IMG/VR virus record: IMGVR_UViG_3300046460_000418
Direction: 5' to 3' (one strand)
DNA from: a virus
Lineage: Duplodnaviria > Heunggongvirae > Uroviricota > Caudoviricetes
Length of the DNA stretch: 48,701 nucleotides
Below the pieces are notes generated by a model. The model did no database searches. It saw only the letters and a program-made list of their open reading frames with translations, and was not told the DNA's origin. The first letter of the stretch is position 1; each line of letters begins with the position of its first letter. Shown in pieces: positions 17,887 to 26,109 of the stretch. A program made the translations under genes and the position numbers.

Positions 17887-19857
17887 TTAAAAATCGAACG
17901 GGTCGATATGAACATCTTGGTTGATGTCGAAGCCGAACTCGAAACTCTGCTTCATCATCGGTGCGCTCGACTGCTTGTCGGCCTTGAAGTTATCGATGAT
18001 CGCGGCCTGAAACTGCGATTCCTGTGCCAGCACACCCTGGAAGCCGGTGCGTGGACGCGTAACAAACAGGTGCTTCTTCGGCCGGGTCATGGCAACGAAC
18101 AGAATGCGCTTCTCCTCTTCGATCTCGGCGGCGTCCTTGGCCATGACAGACGGCATATGCCCCTCGATGAAGGAAGGAATGTAAACGCACTCCCATTCAA
18201 GGCCCTTCGCAGAATGGACAGTCGAGACCGTCAGTGGGCGTTCGCTGTCATCGGCAGGGGTACCGGCTTCACTCATCTTGTCGACCGATAGATCGATGGT
18301 CAGCATGGCAATATAGGCGGCCAAGTCTTCGAATTTCTCAGCCATCGAGATGATCGCCTCGACGTCCTGCTTGCGCCACTTCCACTCACGCGGGCCATAT
18401 TCCTCTTCCAGCAAAGGCTCCAGACTGGTTAAAGCGCTTTCGAGAAGGACAACGGGGTTGCCTTCTTTGCACAGCGTCTGGCGGGCCGTCATGATCATCC
18501 GGACGTGGTCGGAATTCTTTGTCATCTTCAAGGCTTGCTCGGTCGGATCAATCGCAAACAGACCGCCCGAGCGGATGGCGTTGAAGACGGCGATTGCCTT
18601 CTTCTCGCCGACACCCTTGGCGAGCGTCAACGCCCGCAACCACGCCGGTTCATCGAGAATATTGACGGCGCAGCGCACCAGACTGAGGAAATCTTTTAGG
18701 TGTTTCGCTTCGCTTAGGCGGATGCCCCCGGTTACTTTGTAGGGAATTCTCTTCTCCGTCAGAGCACCCTCCACAAGGCGTGCGGCGTTCATGGTACGAA
18801 CGAGGACTGCCTGCTCATGCAGCGGAATGCCGTTGTCCTTGGCGGCCAGAATGCGGTCGACGATCAGCGAGGCCTCATCGAAACCATTCCAGATCGCAAC
18901 GAATTCCGGCATGATCCCGCTCGCGCCGCTTGCTGAAACAAGCGTTCGGTCAAAGCGCTCGATCATCATCGCATCAATCGCATTGGCAACATCGATGATC
19001 TCGGTCGATGAACGATAGTTCTGGTTGAGCTTGATCATCGTCGCATTTTCATGGGTTTCCATGAATGCAAACATAGTGCGCGGGGCCGAACCACGGAAGG
19101 CATAGATCGACTGTGCCGGATCGCCGACTGCCATGACGTTGGGGCCAAGACCGTCGATGATGGCGCACTGCAGGGCATTGCTGTCCTGGTGCTCGTCGAC
19201 GAGGACGTAATCGAAGCGGTCCCGGATCGACTTGCCCACCAGGGGGTGCTGCAGCATCTTCACCCAGAGAACGAGAAGATCGTCATAATCGAGCAGCATG
19301 CGTTCGCGCTTGTAGGCCTTGTACTCATCAGCCATTTCCTTGATGAAGCTCAACGCGTAGACATATTGGGTATGCCGTTCGTAGATGACGTCTTCGAGCG
19401 GCATCTGCGTGTTGACCGAATAGGAAACGGCCTTGGCAATTGTCTTGAACGGCGGCATGTTTTCCGACTTATTGGCCTTTTCGGCGAACAGGCGCTTGAA
19501 AATCTGATTGACGTCAGCCGGATCGAGAATGGACAGGCTTTCCGGTAGCTTGAAAATAGACGAGTTTTCCTTGATCAAGCGATGCGCGATGCTATGAAAC
19601 GTGCCGCCATTGACCTCGGCCGCTGCCGGTTCCAGGCGCTTGGCGCGGTCGATCATGCTCTGGGCTGCTGAGCGCGTAAATGTCAGGATCAGGATACGAG
19701 ATGGGTTCACACCCTTGCGGATCAGGTTGGCGACGCGGCGCGTGATAACCGTGGTCTTGCCCGAACCAGGACCTGCGACAAGCAGACAAGGACCCTTGTC
19801 GAAGTCGACCGCCTGACGCTGTTCCGCATTCAGGCCTTCGTAAATCTTGTCGCTCAT
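17887..19857 (-). CDS. SF1 ATP-dependent DNA helicase, UvrD/PcrA/Rep family
   Basis: LNAEQRQAV, AGPGSGKT, LTFT, VDEHQD, VGDPAQSIYAFRG, QNYRS, STVHSAKGLEW, FVAMTR. Confidence 0.95.
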   Translation of the reverse strand: MSDKIYEGLNAEQRQAVDFDKGPCLLVAGPGSGKTTVITRRVANLIRKGVNPSRILILTFTRSAAQSMIDRAKRLEPAAAEVNGGTFHSIAHRLIKENSSIFKLPESLSILDPADVNQIFKRLFAEKANKSENMPPFKTIAKAVSYSVNTQMPLEDVIYERHTQYVYALSFIKEMADEYKAYKRERMLLDYDDLLVLWVKMLQHPLVGKSIRDRFDYVLVDEHQDSNALQCAIIDGLGPNVMAVGDPAQSIYAFRGSAPRTMFAFMETHENATMIKLNQNYRSSTEIIDVANAIDAMMIERFDRTLVSASGASGIMPEFVAIWNGFDEASLIVDRILAAKDNGIPLHEQAVLVRTMNAARLVEGALTEKRIPYKVTGGIRLSEAKHLKDFLSLVRCAVNILDEPAWLRALTLAKGVGEKKAIAVFNAIRSGGLFAIDPTEQALKMTKNSDHVRMIMTARQTLCKEGNPVVLLESALTSLEPLLEEEYGPREWKWRKQDVEAIISMAEKFEDLAAYIAMLTIDLSVDKMSEAGTPADDSERPLTVSTVHSAKGLEWECVYIPSFIEGHMPSVMAKDAAEIEEEKRILFVAMTRPKKHLFVTRPRTGFQGVLAQESQFQAAIIDNFKADKQSSAPMMKQSFEFGFDINQDVHIDPFDF

Positions 19858-19915
19858 GAGAAATCTCGATCTTAGGAAAATGTCGAGGAATACTGCGCGG
19901 GCAAGGTCAGTTATG

Positions 19916-20293
19916 TCAACCAGTTTTAGCGGATTTTTGGTATTGTTTCCTTGCGCCGGTAACCGACTTCATTTCATAGCGCTGCATGTCTGTGCGAAAG
20001 GCGTCATTGATTTCCTCGATCCGATAAGCCAAGGAGCCGCCGAAGTAGACGCAGGCTTCGACGCCGTGAATGACGATAACCGTCAGGGCCGTGGTCATGG
20101 CCGATCCACCGATGCCGTCAAATCCGAGTGCGGTCGAGCCCCAGGTCTGAGGAAACGAATAGACTTCGAGTTCGGAAAGGTCGGGACGGCGAGTGACTTC
20201 GGCTTTATCCTTGGACCATGTGCGGACCTCGACCACATCCTTCAGGTCGCGATGAATGGCGCTATAAGCCGCTGCCGCATATTGCTCGATCAT
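19916..20293 (-). CDS. Hypothetical protein (phage-type, FPQTWGSTALGF motif)
   Basis: YSFPQTWGSTALGFDGIGGSAMTTA..VYFGG pattern; likely start MIEQ. Confidence 0.7.
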   Translation of the reverse strand: MIEQYAAAAYSAIHRDLKDVVEVRTWSKDKAEVTRRPDLSELEVYSFPQTWGSTALGFDGIGGSAMTTALTVIVIHGVEACVYFGGSLAYRIEEINDAFRTDMQRYEMKSVTGARKQYQKSAKTG

Positions 20294-20373
20294 TCCGGTC
20301 TTCCTACTGCATGTCCTGCATACAGTGTTGATGCACGTTCCCCGGAAATCCACTATTTTCGGGGAGAAAAGCT

Positions 20374-21219
20374 TTAGATCGTGATGGCAGTAGCAAACGG
20401 TCGGTCGGCGACCCTGGGCGTTGCGTTGTTGAAGACGAACTCAGTCAAATTCTCAAGCACAGCCAGAGCAGGCATGTTTGGAACACGATCAATGGTCATC
20501 GTCATGACCGGCTTTTTCGGACGATACTCCTCAGGGATTCTTGCGAGCACCTCGGGATCGAGCGGACGTTCGATTCGATAGCGCCGCACGAAGCTGCCGC
20601 GCCGGACATGTTCCGGCAAGGCATCGAAGTCGATGCCCTTGGTGGCCAGCATGGCTTTGCGGTCCACGCTCGACTTTCCGCTGAGATCATTGGCGGCGAA
20701 GTGCTTGAGGGCAACCGCCTCAACAGTCGACTTACGCGCAATGGTTTCGCGCCATAGAAAGAATTTCGCGGCCACTTCCTCGCTCGGAAAGGCAAAGGAC
20801 CGAGCAATGAACTGCGGGAGCACCAGCTTGTTGTTCGGATCACGGAACATGGCGGGGAAACGTTGATGGGCGAAATGAACGACCGCTGCCGACAAGGTCG
20901 ACGCAACCGATACCGACATATCGCCATGACTGCCCATTGATTTCCGCTGGCTGTCCCTGAAGCGCATCAAAAGCGAAACCTCGCTCGCGTGGCTGTATGT
21001 GATGAGCCCGGAGTAGCTCTCAATCAGGTGCTTGGTCGCATCGATGATGACGTCAGTGAACGCGGCGCGGTTCTCCGGAGCCAGAGAGCTGATGATTTTC
21101 TGCAGGTTCTGGCCTTCGAGATGAACGATAACTGGCACTTCGTTCTCGATGGCAGTTGTTCTGTCATCGATCAAAAAGCGGGAGAGTGCTTGTCCGAGCC
21201 CGTCGCTAACAATTGCCAT
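20374..21219 (-). CDS. tRNA(His) guanylyltransferase Thg1-like protein with altered catalytic carboxylates
   Basis: VIVHLEG, YSHASEVSLL, PQFIARSF, FFLWRE, KGIDFDALPEHVRRGSF follow the Thg1/TLP layout. Confidence 0.75.
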   Translation of the reverse strand: MAIVSDGLGQALSRFLIDDRTTAIENEVPVIVHLEGQNLQKIISSLAPENRAAFTDVIIDATKHLIESYSGLITYSHASEVSLLMRFRDSQRKSMGSHGDMSVSVASTLSAAVVHFAHQRFPAMFRDPNNKLVLPQFIARSFAFPSEEVAAKFFLWRETIARKSTVEAVALKHFAANDLSGKSSVDRKAMLATKGIDFDALPEHVRRGSFVRRYRIERPLDPEVLARIPEEYRPKKPVMTMTIDRVPNMPALAVLENLTEFVFNNATPRVADRPFATAITI

Positions 21220-21237
21220 TCGATAGTCTCACATTGG

Positions 21238-23127
21238 CTAATAAACATAAACGGTTGAACCCGCGTCCATTTCGAACGGGATATAATCCCGCTCAGCACC
21301 TGGACCAAGCCATTGATCCGGCGGCTGGGCGACACGTCCAGGAACATCCCTTCGGTGTCGATAGACCATGGAACGTAGATCGTTCCGCCCTCCCACGCCA
21401 TTCGCGACGAGCTTGGGTCGAAGGCGTTTCCGCTTCGACGGCCTATGCGCAGCATGCGCTCCGTTGAATGCGCGGCTGACCTCGCTCCATACCGACCATA
21501 CATGCCTCGACTTCGGAGCTTGCTCCGATTTTTCCTTCCTTACAGGTAGGTCAAGGGTGACAGGGTGGGCATTGTTGAGCGGGAGCGTGACTTTGCGCTC
21601 CTGATCAACTGAACGAGGCAATCGTTCACTCAGACCCATTGCCCTGCGGGCAATGGAAACAGCAGCGGCCGCGTGCACAGTGAGCCCGTAGCGGGCTGCA
21701 AACTTCGTGCGACCGATAATGGAGGTGTAAGCCGGGTTGACCCGGGCATGATAAACGCCTGAGCGTGCGCAGGCTGACGCAAGCGCTGCATCGAAGGCAG
21801 AATATGCGAAGGACGAAAGCATGCGAGCGTAACGTGGGCCGTCTTCGGCACTCAATCGGTCCTTTTTGCTGGAAAAGTCCAAACGCTCCGAGACGACGGG
21901 TAGATCATGCTCCGCAGCATATGCGGCAATCTTCGTGGCCGCTTTACGAAGCGCGTCACGGGATTGCTGCTCGCTCTTTCCGTAAGTCACACAAGGAATA
22001 TCGAAGCTCTCGACAACATTACCATGCAGGTCGATCCGGCTGACCGAAAAGAACCCGACGTTAACATCCACGCCGACCGCGCCAGACCGATAGTCGCGGA
22101 TTGCCTTCGGCGTAACCTGGTTGACCGTCACCATCAACTTCCACGACGTATCGTCGCGGTGAAAACGGACGCTGATCGGTTTCCTATCGTTTAATGCTTC
22201 TGCAATCGCGTCAGCGCCATGATGGAAAGATAGGCCTTTCAGCCTGACCGAGCGGATCGTTTTGCCTTTTGCAGCGACCGCCTTTGTGGCGAGCTGTTTC
22301 AGCGCCTCCGGCAGGCGCAACTCCAGATCAAGCAGACCATTTTTGGAAAGCTTTAGCCGAGCAAACGGATTGCCGCTTTCTACAGACGCATCACCTTCGA
22401 ACATAAAGGTTTTGAATCGAGACCATTTCCATTCTTCAAGCCAGGCGGAATGGCTGGGAATGTCATTGTCATCGAGATTAAATTGCTTTCGAAAACGCTT
22501 TTTCGAGCCGAAGCAGATTGAGGGATTGTCGATCTGCAATTCTGTCATCGCAAGCTTGTGACGGAGAATGTTCAGCTTGCGCATGTGCTGGTGAAGATCG
22601 CGCTTCAAACGCCTGACTAAAGTCATCGACGCGCCAAGTTTCAGTTCAGCCTTGTGGAACTTGTCGAAAGCCGTCTTCAACCGCGCCAGGATTTTGTCGC
22701 GCTGTGATGGTTTCGCCGAGTCCAGCTTCACTTTCAATTCGTCGATCAGTCTAGAAAGCTTATCGATCTTTCCAGCCAGCGTTTTCTGCTCTTTCCGCTG
22801 TGCACTGACCGTCTTTCGCTTGTTCGCGATCACGCCGATCTTCGCCTTGGTCTTCACATCCAGCTTATTTTTGCGCTGTTTTGCAAGCTCAGAGATCGAC
22901 GAGAGCTGGCCTTGTAAAGCGCGGTACGCATGAAGAAGATGTGTCGAGGTGATGTCAAAATCGCGGTATAAGCTTTTGTGCAGATCACCGGTCCAAACCC
23001 GACCTGACTGAAGTTTCGCATGAAGCGTTCGTTGGACTCGGTTCATCAGATCGGCATATGCATCGAGAACTGGCGCAAGGTCATCCTTGTCGCGAAAATC
23101 CAGTCGTGTCTCGAAAGTACGGATCAA
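21238..23127 (-). mobile_element. tnpB: Stand-alone IS200/IS605-family TnpB-like RNA-guided nuclease gene (629 aa, TTG start)
   Basis: RuvC-I GVDVN, RuvC-II VVSERLDF, VNPAYTS, RuvC-III region YGLTVHAAAAVSIARR; no tnpA in the window. Confidence 0.8.
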
Positions 23128-23219
23128 ACGAAATTACTCAATACAAACGTTCTTGCTACGTTCACAATACCGGTTTAGATGAATATGTCAACACTTCAAC
23201 CAGGTATGACCAACATCCC

Positions 23220-23609
23220 TCACATTTTGCCAATTGGCCGCTTCACATACGGCGAGAATTTACGCGCATAAAAGCTCTTCGTCCGAACCTGCACTGTAGG
23301 CGTGCAATGCCGAAATGGGTCCGGAACAAATGGTCCCTTTTTCTTTGTTTCACCGAGGTGCCCACGAAGGCGGTTGAGAGGTCCTGGAAATTGGTCAAGT
23401 GTCGGGACGTTACGGCACGGCTGCCTCGAATACCACCTGAGCTTACGCAAATTGACAAAGGGGAACGGTTTGGCGGTCCGGGGGTCATAACGCCGCTTAT
23501 TGACGTAGTAGAGAGGCAATCCTTCGAAATCGATGCCGAAAGGATACATTTCATAGGGTGGTGTGTAGCCGTGGTACTGTTGATAATTTCGCATTCTCGA
23601 TTGCGGCAC
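23220..23609 (-). CDS. Hypothetical basic Tyr/Pro/Arg-rich protein
   Basis: ORF 23220..23699 with GAGGAG SD before an internal GTG near 23609; TTGACA upstream at about 23699. Confidence 0.4.
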   Translation of the reverse strand: MPQSRMRNYQQYHGYTPPYEMYPFGIDFEGLPLYYVNKRRYDPRTAKPFPFVNLRKLRWYSRQPCRNVPTLDQFPGPLNRLRGHLGETKKKGPFVPDPFRHCTPTVQVRTKSFYARKFSPYVKRPIGKM

Positions 23610-23717
23610 TGCCGCTCCTCTTTGTTGCCGTGCCCGTGCACGACGCGTGATTATTTCTTTGAGTGAGAATACGGTTGGCCAAGAGAGAATGAATGTCAAC
23701 AGAGGGAGTCAGACGGT

Positions 23718-24215
23718 TTAGATTGAAAATCCCGAGGGTTCCAAGGCCGGTAATTCAATCCCAAATTCGGCCGCGATCATCGAAAGATTGATAATCGCCG
23801 CCACAGGAACTGTTGTCGTATAGGCAACCTGATTGCTGGTCGAAAGGCTCAATTCCCATGGAACGTCTTGCCAGCGCTTGAAAGGCCGGAGGCGTTCGTC
23901 GATCTCAAGGTCGGAGGGCTCGACACCCCGGGCATCGTCATCGATGTCTCCATGGATATCCTTGAGCCTGCCGACCAGGTCGTAGTCGTCGGGTTCGAGA
24001 TGGGACCGGTCGACCATATCCGGATCGATTTCAAGGACGACTGCACGACCGCCGCGCCGATCACAGCTCAACACCGAATATTCGTCCGCATGGTTTTCGC
24101 AGTCGGTCAGATAGATCGCCGTCCGTGTTTCATTGTCTGTAGAGACCTGCGGAACGAGGCCATCCCTGATGATCGCTTTCAGTCGCGCAGTCGTGGTGCC
24201 ATGGTAGAACTTCAT
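23718..24215 (-). CDS. ADP-ribosyltransferase-fold / Tpt1-KptA-like protein ending EPSGFSI
   Basis: MKFYHGT..AIIRDGL, AIYLTD..HADEY, VVLEID, VPVAAI resemble small HYx ART domains. Confidence 0.65.
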   Translation of the reverse strand: MKFYHGTTTARLKAIIRDGLVPQVSTDNETRTAIYLTDCENHADEYSVLSCDRRGGRAVVLEIDPDMVDRSHLEPDDYDLVGRLKDIHGDIDDDARGVEPSDLEIDERLRPFKRWQDVPWELSLSTSNQVAYTTTVPVAAIINLSMIAAEFGIELPALEPSGFSI

Positions 24216-24282
24216 GGAAATGTCTCATGGTCGTTTCGATCAGCTTGCACGATGAATCCGCAAATGCAAAAACGACTAGGTG

Positions 24283-24311
24283 TTGACATTTTCTAGATGG
24301 TATGGCGTTAT
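24283..24311 (+). promoter_or_regulatory. sigma70-type promoter for the metG leader (TTGACA-17-CGTTAT)
   Basis: TTGACA 24283-24288; candidate -10 at 24306-24311; leader ATG 6 nt downstream. Confidence 0.55.
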
Positions 24312-24317
24312 GACCAC

Positions 24318-24365
24318 ATGAACAAAGTGCTTTTGAACAATCAGGTGATGATGCGCCCCATTTAG
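24318..24365 (+). CDS. metG leader peptide MNKVLLNNQVMMRPI (tandem Met codons)
   Basis: ATG at 24318, ATG-ATG at 24348-24353, TAG at 24363-24365, followed by alternative hairpins and a terminator. Confidence 0.75.
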   Translation: MNKVLLNNQVMMRPI

Positions 24366-24403
24366 GGGTCGATCTTCTGTGCTCAAAGCTCAAGGAAGTC
24401 CAC

Positions 24404-24426
24404 CCCGCCACTCCGGCGGGTTTTTT
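24404..24426 (+). terminator. Attenuator terminator upstream of metG
   Basis: CCCGCC-ACTCC-GGCGGG followed by TTTTTT, 45 nt before the metG ATG. Confidence 0.85.
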
Positions 24427-24471
24427 ATTGCCATGGCCCGCCGTCCAACTTCATTGAAAAGGACCACGACC

Positions 24472-25986
24472 ATGACGAACACACTCTACCTCACGACGAC
24501 AATTCCCTACGTCAACGCCAGCCCGCATGTGGGCTTTGCACTCGAACTAATTCAAGCCGATGTCATTGCCAGGTCTCACCGCGAGCGCGGCTATGATGTC
24601 CGGCTGCAGACTGGCTCCGACGAAAACAGCTTGAAGAATGTCCAGGCGGCCGAGAAGGTTGGAAAGTCTACGGAAGAACTGGTCGCAGAGAATGCACAGC
24701 ACTTTCTCGCCCTGCAGCGGGCGCTTAACATCTCGGCTGATGATTTCATTCGCACCAGCACCGATCCGCGCCACCGGCCTGCCGTGGAAAAACTCTGGTA
24801 TCAATGCGAGGAGAGCGGCGATCTCTATCAGAAAACCTATTCCGGGCTTTATTGCACTGGTTGCGAGCAGTTCTATCAACCAGGAGAGCTGTCCTACGGC
24901 TGCTGCCCGGAACACGGTACCCATCCGGAAGAAGTAACGGAGACCAACTGGTTCTTTCGGCTGTCGCGCTACGGAGACAGGTTGAGGGAGCTGATCGAGA
25001 CCAGGGAGCTGGACATCACACCAGAAAGCAGACGCAACGAAGTCCTGGCATTGATCAGGGCAGGCCTGGAAGATTTCAGCGTCTCACGCAGCTCGACCAG
25101 AGCCAGAGGATGGGGCATCCCGGTCCCCGGCGATGCCGACCAGACGATCTACGTCTGGTATGACGCTCTCGGAAACTACCTAAGTGCCCTGGGGTATGGC
25201 TCGACGGATGTCGATGTGGATCGGTTCTGGAACAATGCCGAGCGGCGCGAACATCTGGTTGGGAAGGGCGTCACACGCTTTCATGCTGTCTATTGGCCCG
25301 CGATCTTGGTCTCAGCGGGCTTGCCATTGCCAACCCGTATTTACGTCCATGGTTATGTCACCGTCGATGGCCGAAAGATCGGCAAGTCGAACGGCAACGC
25401 GATTGACCCGGTGCCGCTTGTCGAGCGGTTCGGAGCTGATGCTGTGCGCTATTACCTCCTTCGCCATATCCGGGCAACGGAAGACGGCGACTTCACACTT
25501 GAGCGACTGGAGCAGGCTTACACCTCGGAACTGGCCGGGCAGCTCGGCAATCTTGCGCATCGACTGCTGGCGATCACCCAGAAGATCGACGGTCAACTAA
25601 TACTGAGCATAGCCAGCCTGGATCATGCAGAAGTCGAGGCCGTCCGTGAGCGAGTTGCCTATGCGGTTCAAAAAGGTGAATTTCATGAAGCTCTTGGCTC
25701 GATTTGGACTCTGGTTGCTTTCGCAAACAAACATGTCGCGGATCGGCAGCCCTGGGCAATTGTGAAAAAGATCAGCCAGGAAACCGATGAAAGGGAACGA
25801 TGGATTTTGCAAAAGGCTGCAAACGCCTGCCTCGGCGAGTTGCTTGGTCTCGTCAATGAGATTTCTTCCCTGCTCACACCCTTCCTGCCCGAAACAGCCG
25901 GTCGGCTCAAAGAGCAATTGGCGCGTGCTGTTGAAGGAGGGGAGGCCCGTGACAGCTTCCATCCTGTTTTCCCAAAGCTTGCGTAG
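24472..25986 (+). CDS. metG: Methionyl-tRNA synthetase (short form)
   Basis: YLTTTIPYVNASPHVGF (HIGH), TGSDE, CTGC..CPEH knuckle, YVWYDAL, GKGVTRFHAVYWP, KIGKS (KMSKS), LGNLAHR. Confidence 0.95.
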   Translation: MTNTLYLTTTIPYVNASPHVGFALELIQADVIARSHRERGYDVRLQTGSDENSLKNVQAAEKVGKSTEELVAENAQHFLALQRALNISADDFIRTSTDPRHRPAVEKLWYQCEESGDLYQKTYSGLYCTGCEQFYQPGELSYGCCPEHGTHPEEVTETNWFFRLSRYGDRLRELIETRELDITPESRRNEVLALIRAGLEDFSVSRSSTRARGWGIPVPGDADQTIYVWYDALGNYLSALGYGSTDVDVDRFWNNAERREHLVGKGVTRFHAVYWPAILVSAGLPLPTRIYVHGYVTVDGRKIGKSNGNAIDPVPLVERFGADAVRYYLLRHIRATEDGDFTLERLEQAYTSELAGQLGNLAHRLLAITQKIDGQLILSIASLDHAEVEAVRERVAYAVQKGEFHEALGSIWTLVAFANKHVADRQPWAIVKKISQETDERERWILQKAANACLGELLGLVNEISSLLTPFLPETAGRLKEQLARAVEGGEARDSFHPVFPKLA

Positions 25987-26109
25987 ACGAGGGGAATGTC
26001 GAATTGGCGGAGTTTGCCTCTAATCACGCCAAAAACTACAATGATAATCGGCAAAATGGCAGCGGGGAGTTGCCTGGCACTTCGCCATGGATCAAGCCGG
26101 GGAGTTTTT

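Noticed and set aside
21238-23127. Cas12-type CRISPR effector
   Set aside because: No CRISPR array or cas genes nearby; motifs and size fit TnpB-related proteins.
23171-23722. 10-bp direct repeat CGGTTTAGAT at 23171 and 23713 as target-site duplication
   Set aside because: Short, one copy overlaps a stop codon, and no mobile element lies between; likely chance.
24300-24430. T-box or SAM riboswitch upstream of metG
   Set aside because: Leader is too short and lacks T-box (AAGGTGG..ACC) or SAM-I/II cores; the uORF attenuator explains all helices.
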